Assembly (NCBI GenBank): GCA_038279365.1
Contig: JAYODI010000060.1
Location: forward strand, 1-37,331
DNA from: Candidatus Latescibacterota bacterium
Lineage (GTDB): Bacteria; Latescibacterota; UBA2968
DNA: 37,331 nucleotides
Direction: 5' to 3'
This document shows positions 1-8,155 of the stretch, in pieces. The position numbers were made by a program, and so were the translations under genes. Each line of letters opens with the position of its first letter. Position 1 is the stretch's first letter. The notes under the pieces are model-generated. The model saw only the letters and a list, made by a program, of their open reading frames with translations. It did no database searches and was not told the origin of the DNA.

Positions 1-1598
1 GGATCTGCTCCCCCCATCATTGCCCCCGAATCAGGATCAACAACAATGCCCTGCGCACCGCCCACAAGGGGTGACCAATTTGGCAAGCGAATCACATCGT
101 GCCCACGCTTTTCCAATGCATCTAAGACCGCTTGAGAAACACGCGATTCTATGGATGGGGATGTTCCTTCTGATGCCAACCGAAAACGGGGCGCTTCAAT
201 CGCAGCCTGAATGTTCATACCATAATCAAGCACGTTGGTCAAAAATTGTACACTTGTTTGTTGGATTCCCCAACTTCCTGGCGTTCCCAAAGCGGAAAAC
301 AGGTTGCCATCTTTTAAAACTTGCATAGGAGACAAACACATATCAATTTTTTTATGCGGTTCAATACAATTTGGGCTTCCTGGCACCAAATCGCCCCAAC
401 GAATAAAATTGTTTAAAAACATACCCGTTTTGCCCATCACCATTCCAGAACCAAATCCAGAACCCAAACTTTGAGTAATCGCCACCGAATTGCCGTCTTT
501 ATCAACCACATCAAAGTGCGTGGTACACTCATTTAGCCAGTCTCCGGGTTGCCCCGGCTCAATTTCTCCTGGCAGCTTTTGGGCAGGATAATACTCCCCC
601 CGATGCACACCTGCACGCTCGCCAATAAGACCGCGGCGTTTGGCTGCATACACCTTGGACAACAAACCCTTCATGTCTATATTTTTATCGGCGGCATATT
701 CTACTCGGTCTGCATTGGCCAGTTTTACGGCCTCGATAAACAAGTGCAAGGGCAATTCGGCATGATGCCCCATATGGGCCAAATCGTAACCTTCTAACAT
801 ATTCAAGGTCTGTAAAATCTGAAACCCAGCACTTGGAGCCGGTGGCACATAGACATCATATCCACGATAATTGGTAGATATGGGGTCAACCCACTCAGGT
901 TTAAAGTCTGCCAAATCTTTGAGTGACAACCAACCCCCTTCACCTTGAATATAAGATACCATTTCTTTTGCCAAATCACCGCGGTAGAAAGTTTCAACAC
1001 CCCCATCGACAACCCGCCGAAAAGTTTGCGCCAAATCTTTTTGCACCAAAACTTCACCCGGCAATGGAGCGCGCCCACGTGCCATAAGAACGTGTGCCCC
1101 TGAAGGATACAAACGCCCACCGTTATCGGCCATAAAAGTGGCATTCTTAACCGTTACGGCAAACCCTCCTTCGGCCAGTTCGATAGCAGGTGCAAAAACT
1201 TTGGATGCTGGCATGGTGCCGCACTCATCTAACAAGGCCAACCACCCAGCACAAGCACCAGGTACCAAACAAGATCGTGATCCGTGATCTTTGTGGGTTA
1301 CGTGTTCAAACAGCGCGGCCTGCGCCCCATAAGGTGTGGGCCCACAATAATCCAAAACGCGTATTTTTTTGTCTTTTGCACTGCGAACAAGTGCATATCC
1401 AACACCTGCAATGCCCGACATATAGGGTTCAACCACATTAAGCGCTGCCGCAACAGCCACCACGGCATCAAACGCATTGCCCCCTTCCAACAACATTCTT
1501 ACCCCAGCCAGTGTGGCCAAAGGATGCGCACTGGCCACCATGCCACGGGTTCCGGTTACAGTAGATCGATGTACCAAGCCTTGATTAGAAAATGGCAT
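1..1598 (-). CDS. Gamma-glutamyltransferase (Ntn-hydrolase) family protein, cytoplasmic; 3' end runs off the window
   Basis: Manually translated uninterrupted frame from ATG at 1598 (AGGAG RBS at 1606-1610): MPFSNQGLVHRSTVTGTRGMVASAHPLA...GGNAFDAVVAVAAALNVVEPYMSGIAG...ECTTHFDVVDKDGN...GAMMGGADP. Contains the GGT hallmarks including the autocatalytic Thr (TTHF). Absent from the ORF track because its stop codon lies outside the window. Confidence 0.92.
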   Translation of the reverse strand, partial: MPFSNQGLVHRSTVTGTRGMVASAHPLATLAGVRMLLEGGNAFDAVVAVAAALNVVEPYMSGIAGVGYALVRSAKDKKIRVLDYCGPTPYGAQAALFEHVTHKDHGSRSCLVPGACAGWLALLDECGTMPASKVFAPAIELAEGGFAVTVKNATFMADNGGRLYPSGAHVLMARGRAPLPGEVLVQKDLAQTFRRVVDGGVETFYRGDLAKEMVSYIQGEGGWLSLKDLADFKPEWVDPISTNYRGYDVYVPPAPSAGFQILQTLNMLEGYDLAHMGHHAELPLHLFIEAVKLANADRVEYAADKNIDMKGLLSKVYAAKRRGLIGERAGVHRGEYYPAQKLPGEIEPGQPGDWLNECTTHFDVVDKDGNSVAITQSLGSGFGSGMVMGKTGMFLNNFIRWGDLVPGSPNCIEPHKKIDMCLSPMQVLKDGNLFSALGTPGSWGIQQTSVQFLTNVLDYGMNIQAAIEAPRFRLASEGTSPSIESRVSQAVLDALEKRGHDVIRLPNWSPLVGGAQGIVVDPDSGAMMGGAD

Positions 1599-1624
1599 GA
1601 GAATACTCCTATCCGATCAACACG

Positions 1625-1659
1625 AAAAAAATGCCACCGATGACAACGCAACGGTGGCA
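1625..1659 (-). terminator. Probable intrinsic terminator after the cNMP-binding gene
   Basis: Stem TGCCACCG (1632-1639) / CGGTGGCA (1652-1659), followed on the minus strand by a T7 run. Confidence 0.65.
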
Positions 1660-1678
1660 ATAAAACTTGTACTTTGAA

Positions 1679-2209
1679 TTATTCAGGAAACAACTCCGTT
1701 AACAATGGATCTTCAGGTGACAAAGCAGAAACCCGCGATTTGAGTTTATCCACCTTATCGTGCAAATCAATTACTTCGGAATTTATATCGTGCAAACGCG
1801 TATACAAAAGCTTAATCAAACTGCTAAACATATGATGTGCAAATTGCCCATCTTCCTCCAAAAGCGCTTCTAATTCAACAGCTGGAATGGCCAAGAGTTG
1901 GGCACCTTCTCGAGCCACCACACGGGAGGAACGCAATTGCCCCGTAAACACGCCCATTTCGCCAATCACGCGCAACCCTTCCATATCGTCGAGAAACTCA
2001 CCGCTGGCCGATTCCAGGCGCAAACTGCCTTCTAAGAGAACCAGCAACCGCTCGTCTACCGAGCGCGATTCACACAATACAGTGCTAGGTTCTGGCCTGA
2101 GTGTCTCCGCAATATCGAGCATCGCACCTATTTGGGTATAATCCAAAGCCTCAAACAGCGGAACATCTAACAACATCTTCACCAGAGGACCACGTTCGTA
2201 AACATCCAT
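1679..2209 (-). CDS. Cyclic nucleotide-binding (cNMP/Crp-like sensor) domain protein without HTH, with a C-terminal coiled coil
   Basis: LLDVPLFEAL start, LLEGSL, IGEMGVFTGQLRSSRVVA phosphate-binding cassette; the C-terminal helix has a heptad pattern (LHDINSEVIDLHDKVDKLKSRV). Confidence 0.85.
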   Translation of the reverse strand: MDVYERGPLVKMLLDVPLFEALDYTQIGAMLDIAETLRPEPSTVLCESRSVDERLLVLLEGSLRLESASGEFLDDMEGLRVIGEMGVFTGQLRSSRVVAREGAQLLAIPAVELEALLEEDGQFAHHMFSSLIKLLYTRLHDINSEVIDLHDKVDKLKSRVSALSPEDPLLTELFPE

Positions 2210-2253
2210 TATTGTAAACTCCCTAAAAGGTGAAGGCCAATGTGAACTCTAAC

Positions 2254-2282
2254 AATCTAAACCCACGACCAAAATTTGGCAA
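2254..2282 (-). promoter_or_regulatory. Putative sigma70 promoter of the cNMP gene
   Basis: Minus strand TTGCCA-17 bp-TAGATT. Confidence 0.4.
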
Positions 2283-2315
2283 CACCTAACAACACATTAC
2301 GGCTCATCGAAAGCG

Positions 2316-2344
2316 TTGACGTTCTTCATTCCCCACCGTATATT
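2316..2344 (+). promoter_or_regulatory. Putative sigma70 promoter of the M20 peptidase gene
   Basis: TTGACG (2316-2321)-17 bp-TATATT (2339-2344). Confidence 0.6.
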
Positions 2345-2393
2345 TTCAACTCGTAGATCCTTCACCCTATCTTTTCTCTTTTGGAGTCTCTCT

Positions 2394-3518
2394 ATGAACC
2401 CCGTTGAACTGACCAAAGAGTTTGTATCTTACAACTCAACCAGTTACCTCAGCAATGTAGACGTTACAAATGCCATGGCCCAACGCATGCGCGAAGCAGG
2501 TCTAACGGTAGAACGCATACCCTACAAAGATCCCAACGGTGTGCCCAAACTCAATATTGTTGGCAAAAAAGGCCGTGGCAAAGGGGGCCTGGCACTCATG
2601 GGGCACAACGATGTTGTCCCCGCAACGGGTTGGGCGTGGAACCCATTCAAAGTTGTAAAAAAAGGATCGCGTATTTACGGACGCGGTGTGGCCGACATGA
2701 AAGGATCTGTGGCGTGTATGATTGCTGCGGCTGCCCAATTTGATGCCAAAACCCTCAAAAGGCCAATTTATGTGGTGGTCACTGGTGACGAAGAAGTCAA
2801 CTGCCTTGGGGCCGATGTGGTTTTCAAAAAATCAAAAGTATTAAAAGAATCACAGGTGCGTTACGGCATTATTGGTGAACCCACCTCCCTTAATGTCGTC
2901 CAAGCCCACAAAGGTTCGGTCAAAATATCTGTCACTTCCAAAGGCCGTGCGGCACACAGTTCAATGGGTATCGGAATCAACGCCAACCACAAGTTGGTTC
3001 CATTTCTAAACGACATATTGGCAGTTGATCACGAGCTTAAAACCAATCCCAAATATCTCAATAAAAACTTTACCCCCTCACACTCCACACTCAACATGGT
3101 GATTCACGGAGGTGAACAAGCCTCAAACATTACCACCCCCGAAAGCGGTGCAACCATCAATTTTCGCGCAATGCCTGGGCAAGACTTAAACCCATTGTTC
3201 AAACAAATTCGAGCATCTGCAAAAAAGCACGGCGTTGAAATTTCAATTTACGACGCCCTTAAGCCCTTAGACACCCCCACTGAATCCCGAATTGTTCAAG
3301 AAGCCCTCCAAGTAACAGGCAAACGCAAACCCCAAAGTGTCGCCTACGGCACAGACGGTATGATTTTTGGGCAAAATATGGAATTGGTCGTTTTAGGCCC
3401 TGGCGACATCAAACAAGCCCACACCATTGATGAGTGGATAGAGATTGATCAACTTCACAAAGGCGTTGAAACCTTTTCAAAAATGTTGAACCGTTTTTGC
3501 ATTGAAAATCCTGAATAA
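2394..3518 (+). CDS. M20 family metallopeptidase, acetylornithine deacetylase ArgE/DapE-like
   Basis: GHNDVVP, GRGVADMKG, DEEV, GEPT and AHTIDE metal-binding motifs. Start moved to ATG 2394 (GGAG RBS at 2383-2386). Confidence 0.9.
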   Translation: MNPVELTKEFVSYNSTSYLSNVDVTNAMAQRMREAGLTVERIPYKDPNGVPKLNIVGKKGRGKGGLALMGHNDVVPATGWAWNPFKVVKKGSRIYGRGVADMKGSVACMIAAAAQFDAKTLKRPIYVVVTGDEEVNCLGADVVFKKSKVLKESQVRYGIIGEPTSLNVVQAHKGSVKISVTSKGRAAHSSMGIGINANHKLVPFLNDILAVDHELKTNPKYLNKNFTPSHSTLNMVIHGGEQASNITTPESGATINFRAMPGQDLNPLFKQIRASAKKHGVEISIYDALKPLDTPTESRIVQEALQVTGKRKPQSVAYGTDGMIFGQNMELVVLGPGDIKQAHTIDEWIEIDQLHKGVETFSKMLNRFCIENPE

Positions 3519-3522
3519 CACA

Positions 3523-3570
3523 ACAGAAAAACCGATACCAAAGAATCTGAGGATGGATCGGTTTTTCTGT
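3523..3570. terminator. 14-bp inverted repeat, probable terminator of the M20 gene
   Basis: ACAGAAAAACCGAT (3523-3536) / ATCGGTTTTTCTGT (3557-3570), directly after the stop codon. Confidence 0.6.
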
Positions 3571-3700
3571 AAAAAACTTGGTTTACGAAAATAATTTTTT
3601 ATAAAAATTTTATTTAAAATAATTACAATACTTTAATACAAAGAATATAACATTTTGAAATTTCATACACTCTTAACCTTACGGGTTTCTTTTTTACCCA

Positions 3701-3745
3701 AAAAAATAAAAGCCGCGATCTTTTATAGACCGCGGCTTTTATTTT
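3701..3745. terminator. Intrinsic terminator (possibly bidirectional) of the xdh-moaD operon
   Basis: AAAATAAAAGCCGCG (3703-3717) / CGCGGCTTTTATTTT (3731-3745), with A/T tracts on both sides. Confidence 0.8.
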
Positions 3746-3764
3746 GTCCTACGAGATAGGCGCA

Positions 3765-4031
3765 TCACCCACCAGCAATTTGCGTTACAAAATGAATTTC
3801 ACAGTTTGGCGACACCTGTGTTCTGAGCCCATCTTCGGTCACCACACCATCAATGGCAGCTGCCAACCCCGGTGCCAATCGGGTGTCCTGAAACAACACC
3901 CGTTCCTTAATCCCCGGAAACTGCGCCTCCAAGTTGTTGATAACTTCTCGCAAAGTACTGCCCTCAACTTCAACCATTTCTTGGTTGTTTGTCAACTTTC
4001 GCATCAATGAGGGAATAAACACTTGCGGCAT
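3765..4031 (-). CDS. MoaD/ThiS family ubiquitin-like sulfur carrier
   Basis: 88 aa, VEVEGSTLREVINNLEAQFPG beta-grasp pattern, C-terminal IAGG. Confidence 0.9.
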   Translation of the reverse strand: MPQVFIPSLMRKLTNNQEMVEVEGSTLREVINNLEAQFPGIKERVLFQDTRLAPGLAAAIDGVVTEDGLRTQVSPNCEIHFVTQIAGG

Positions 4032-4043
4032 ATTTTAATCCTT

Positions 4044-6344
4044 TTAGGCAGATCCATTGCTGCCATTTTTGGCCCATAATGCCTTCAGCACGCGTCCTGG
4101 AGACATGGGCAAATCGTTAATGCGCACACCCACAGCACGATAGATGGCACTGGCAACAGCAGCAGGCGGAGGACAAATAGGTACCTCACCCACACCACGC
4201 ACGCCATATGGATGACCGGGGTTGGGCACCTCAATGATATGTGTTTCAATCATGGGCAAATCCAAACATGTTGGCATGCGATAATCCAACAAGCTCGAAT
4301 TGCGCAACACACCTTTTTCATCATAAACATATTCTTCATTTAATGCCCAACCAATGCCTTGTGCCACACCACCTTGCATTTGACCTTCCACATAAGGTGG
4401 ATAAATGGCTTTACCAGCATCTTGAAAAATAGAGGCCCGCAAAATTTCTACTTTGCCCGTCTCTTCGTCTACCTCAACATCTACCAACACAATGGCAAAT
4501 GCGCCACCAGCTCCCGAAGGCTTTACGGTTGCGCGCCCCATCACAGGGCCACCCGTTGAATCGAGTTTGGCTGCCATTCCCTTAAACGTGATGGATTTGG
4601 AAGGATCGGATTTTGAGCGAAAGACTGCCTGATCAAATTCGATGTCATCTTCCGAAATTTCCCACATAATGGCCGCACGGGCACACATTTGTTCTTTGAT
4701 ATCTTGGGCACACTTATAAGCTGCCCAGCCCGTCGCAAACGTGGTGCGTGAACCACCCGTCACCCCCGTGTATCCTACCGAGTCTGTATCCCCTACTTGT
4801 GGGCGAATATCTGTTACAGGAATACCCAAAACTTCGGCCATTTGCATTGCAATAGACGTGCGCGTGCCACCAATATCGGTCGAACCTTCTACCAAGTTGA
4901 TGGTGCCATCGGCATTAACACTTGCAGATGCGCTCGAAACGCCTCCCCCGTTGCCCCAAAAACCAGAAGCAACACCACGGCCCACATTTTTGCCTTCTAA
5001 TTTGCTGTTGTAGTGTTCCGACTTTTTAACAGCCTCCAAGCACTCCACGTGTCCAATCCGCTTGTTTACTGGGCCATCAGCACGGCGTGTACCTTCTTTG
5101 GCCGAATTCATCAACCGAAATTCTATTGGATCTAAGCCCAATTTTTCGGCCAATTCATCCACAACCACCTCAACGGCAAATACGGCATTGGTCGTGCCGG
5201 GTGCGCGATAAGCAGATGTCGATGGTTTGTTCACCGTGACGTCATATCCATCAACCAACGCATTGGGAATGTTATAAGGTGCCAACATATTGCGTGCACC
5301 AGCACCCACTGGGCTGCCAGCAAATGCACCCGATTCGTAGGCCAACTCACTCTCAACAGCCACCATTTTTCCATCTTTGGTCACGCCCATTTTAACGCGT
5401 ATCCAAGAACCTGATGTTGGGCCAGTGGCTTGTAAAACTTCGGTGCGTGTCATAATCATCTTCACAGGATGACCTGTCTTTTTAGACAAAACGGCGGCAA
5501 TGGGTTCCAAATAGGCCTTAATCTTACCACCAAACCCACCCCCAATTTCAAGCGGAACCACTTTGATCTTTGAAACAGGCACACCCAAAATCTTGGACAT
5601 TTGATCGCGCACACCAAAAGCACCTTGGTTGCTACACCACACATTAATCACGCCATCTGCATTCCAAAGCACCGTTGCATTTTGAGGTTCGATATAACCT
5701 TGATGCACCATTTCGGTATTAAACTCGCGTTCAACAACAATGTCTGCCTCTTCAAAACCTTTTTTCACATCCCCCAACTCGGTGCGAAAATGAGAGGAAA
5801 TATTGCTTACCTTGTCGGTTTGCTCACCCAATGATTTTGTTTTTTGATCTTCATGAACCTTAGGGGCATCGTCTTTCATAGCTTCACGCACATCCAACAC
5901 ATGAGGCAACACTTCATAAACCACATCAATCAAATCCAAAGCTTCTTCGGCCACATGTACATTGGTTGCTGCAACTGCCGCTACCGGATACCCTTGATAC
6001 AAGACTTTATCATGAGCCAATACGGCAGCCGTCAAATCTTTAATGCGTACTATTTCTTCGCCCAAATCAGCCAGTTCGTCTTCGGCACTTTCCACCAAAT
6101 CGGCCCCAGTCACAACAGCTTTTACACCGGGTAAGGCCAATGCTTTGCTCGTATCGATAGACTTAATGCGTGCATGTGCATGAGGGCTACGCAAAACTTT
6201 GGCAAATAACATGCCTGGCAAGTTCAAATCGGTACCATAAATAGCACGCCCCGTTACCTTATCTACACCATCATGGCGCACGGGCCTGGTGCCCACCACC
6301 TTATAGTCTGTTATACCCAAATAATCTTCAGTCTGTGTGGCCAT
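4044..6344 (-). CDS. Xanthine dehydrogenase family molybdopterin-binding (large) subunit
   Basis: RHDGVDKVTGRAIY, RSPHAHARI, GGGFGGK, AYRAPG, GGSRTT, EGQMQGG and GVGEVP motifs. Confidence 0.93.
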   Translation of the reverse strand: MATQTEDYLGITDYKVVGTRPVRHDGVDKVTGRAIYGTDLNLPGMLFAKVLRSPHAHARIKSIDTSKALALPGVKAVVTGADLVESAEDELADLGEEIVRIKDLTAAVLAHDKVLYQGYPVAAVAATNVHVAEEALDLIDVVYEVLPHVLDVREAMKDDAPKVHEDQKTKSLGEQTDKVSNISSHFRTELGDVKKGFEEADIVVEREFNTEMVHQGYIEPQNATVLWNADGVINVWCSNQGAFGVRDQMSKILGVPVSKIKVVPLEIGGGFGGKIKAYLEPIAAVLSKKTGHPVKMIMTRTEVLQATGPTSGSWIRVKMGVTKDGKMVAVESELAYESGAFAGSPVGAGARNMLAPYNIPNALVDGYDVTVNKPSTSAYRAPGTTNAVFAVEVVVDELAEKLGLDPIEFRLMNSAKEGTRRADGPVNKRIGHVECLEAVKKSEHYNSKLEGKNVGRGVASGFWGNGGGVSSASASVNADGTINLVEGSTDIGGTRTSIAMQMAEVLGIPVTDIRPQVGDTDSVGYTGVTGGSRTTFATGWAAYKCAQDIKEQMCARAAIMWEISEDDIEFDQAVFRSKSDPSKSITFKGMAAKLDSTGGPVMGRATVKPSGAGGAFAIVLVDVEVDEETGKVEILRASIFQDAGKAIYPPYVEGQMQGGVAQGIGWALNEEYVYDEKGVLRNSSLLDYRMPTCLDLPMIETHIIEVPNPGHPYGVRGVGEVPICPPPAAVASAIYRAVGVRINDLPMSPGRVLKALWAKNGSNGSA

Positions 6345-6390
6345 TACGCCTCCTCAAAATCGTTAGATTTGTTTTTTCATCTGCTCAAAA

Positions 6391-6419
6391 ATAGTAATCT
6401 TTATATTTCGGTTTGTCAA
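6391..6419 (-). promoter_or_regulatory. Putative sigma70 promoter of the xdh-moaD operon
   Basis: Minus strand TTGACA (6419-6414)-17 bp-TACTAT (6396-6391); GAGGAGG RBS upstream of ATG 6344. Confidence 0.6.
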
Positions 6420-6488
6420 GAGATAGATAAATGGGTTTTTATGGATAACGGATACTGATTCTTTTAGTCCCCTTTACACTCAAAACCA

Positions 6489-7088
6489 TTACCCAATTCT
6501 TTTTTCATCTTCATCTATTCCAAACTCCCATCCCGTCAGGAAGTTTTTGTTTTCAGCCGTTTGCACCCAAGCCAACCGTGCTTCCAATAAAATTGTAAAT
6601 TGGGCGTGATTTCCGTGTGGTCCCATCCCAGTCTTAATCAGATCAAAGTCTGCACAACGCAGTTGCATACCCGAAGGACTGATATCTACCAGTTGCAAAT
6701 TTTCAAATTCACCATTGCCCACTTGTGCTTGAATCGGCAAATCGAGTGTCAAACGATCATGCCGACGCTTGCCGTCTGACTCCACTTTTAATACAACCCC
6801 ACGTTCTGCTTCCGTGTGACCAAATACAAATTCCCAACCCGTTAGAAATGCCCCGTCATTAGCATTTTGCACCCAAGCCATTCTTGCATCAATTTGCAAC
6901 TCAAAGTGGGCTTGATTTTCAACCGTGTCAAAACCAGATTTTAATGTATCAAAATCTGGGCTTTGAATTTGCATCCCAGTTGCACTAATATCTGTAACGC
7001 GCAGATCTTGAACCACTTCTGGCCCCACTTGAGCTTGCACGGGCAAGTTGACAATCATACGTGGGTGCCGTCTTTGATCACTGTTCAT
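6489..7088 (-). CDS. Tandem (two-domain) PilZ protein, putative c-di-GMP receptor
   Basis: Two copies of RxxxR...DISxxG (QRRHPR..DISATG and KRRHDR..DISPSG), each ending ARxAWVQ...FLTGWEF. Confidence 0.85.
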   Translation of the reverse strand: MNSDQRRHPRMIVNLPVQAQVGPEVVQDLRVTDISATGMQIQSPDFDTLKSGFDTVENQAHFELQIDARMAWVQNANDGAFLTGWEFVFGHTEAERGVVLKVESDGKRRHDRLTLDLPIQAQVGNGEFENLQLVDISPSGMQLRCADFDLIKTGMGPHGNHAQFTILLEARLAWVQTAENKNFLTGWEFGIDEDEKRIG

Positions 7089-7146
7089 ACCATCCCCTCC
7101 TTGGCGCTAAAATAACCCGACACAAACGCCTTGTCCAGCAATAATC

Positions 7147-8043
7147 TTATTTAGACAAACGTACGCCTGTGAGTTTTTCAATTGCCCGACAAACTGCAGA
7201 AAAATCTTCTCCACCAGCTCCCAAACTGCTTGCTGCTGCATACATTTGGTAAGCCGCCGCTCCAATGGGCACAGGCACATTCATGGCTCGGCCCATGTCT
7301 ACCCCAATGGCCAAATCCTTTTTCATCAAATCCAACATAAAACCCGGTTCAAAATTTCCCGTTAACAAATAATCGGCAACCCGGGCATCAAACAAACGCG
7401 ATCCGCCTGTACTGACACTGATAACTTGTCGCATCACCTCTGGGTCTGCCCCTGCCTTTTTACCCAACGTTAGTGCCTCAGAAATAGCCGCCATGGTAAT
7501 GCCACCAATAAATTGATTGGTAATTTTTACAGTTTGCCCCACCCCCACATCGCCAACGTGAAAAATATTCTCTTCTTTGCCCATTGCCTTAAAAATACCA
7601 GCACACCGTTCAAAATCTGCTTTTTCACCCCCCGCAATAATGGTCAAGGTGCCTGCTATCGCTCCCGTATCCCCTCCGCTTACGGGTGCATCAACCACAC
7701 CCACCCCTTTCTTTTTGGCTTCTTTGGCCACATCTCGAATGGTCATTGGCGAAATGGTACTCATGTCTACAATCAACTTACCCGCAGAAGCCCCTGCCAA
7801 TACCCCCTCCTCACCCAATATCACTTCGCGCACCTCTGCATCTGCCGTGACAATCGTTACGACAATATCAGTCGCTTCAGCAACCGCCTTTGATGAAGGG
7901 GCAAACGTTGCCCCAGCCTGGGTCATTTCATCAACGACCTCTTTTTTTCTGGCATAAAAAGTCACATCAAAACCAGCCTTTAAAAGATTATGGCACATGG
8001 GCTTACCCATAATCCCCAACCCAACAAATCCAATTTTTTCCAT
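7147..8043 (-). CDS. NAD(P)-dependent beta-hydroxyacid dehydrogenase (2-hydroxy-3-oxopropionate reductase/3-hydroxyisobutyrate dehydrogenase family)
   Basis: IGFVGLGIMG, DMSTISP, DAPVSGG, catalytic K in TVKITNQ, KDL motif; ATG 8043 with AGGAG RBS. Confidence 0.92.
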   Translation of the reverse strand: MEKIGFVGLGIMGKPMCHNLLKAGFDVTFYARKKEVVDEMTQAGATFAPSSKAVAEATDIVVTIVTADAEVREVILGEEGVLAGASAGKLIVDMSTISPMTIRDVAKEAKKKGVGVVDAPVSGGDTGAIAGTLTIIAGGEKADFERCAGIFKAMGKEENIFHVGDVGVGQTVKITNQFIGGITMAAISEALTLGKKAGADPEVMRQVISVSTGGSRLFDARVADYLLTGNFEPGFMLDLMKKDLAIGVDMGRAMNVPVPIGAAAYQMYAAASSLGAGGEDFSAVCRAIEKLTGVRLSK

Positions 8044-8155
8044 AAACAACTCCTATTTTGATTACCTATGTTCTGTGTCCGTTTTTAATTTTACATTGTC
8101 CATTGTATATTGTCTATCCCCTTGTCAATCTCCGAAAGAACAGGAAAGGATATTT

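Noticed and set aside
20-1643. Short plus- and minus-strand ORFs in the first 1.6 kb, or a fragmented pseudogene
   Set aside because: A single intact minus-strand GGT-family frame covers 1-1598; the listed ORFs are off-frame or antisense shadows.
3571-3700. oriC or dif site in the AT-rich spacer
   Set aside because: No TTATCCACA DnaA boxes and no convincing XerC/XerD arm match; no visible skew switch.
4044-6344. Aerobic CO dehydrogenase CoxL
   Set aside because: The active-site loop is AYRAPG, not AYXCSFR or AYXGAGR, and no coxM/coxS is adjacent.
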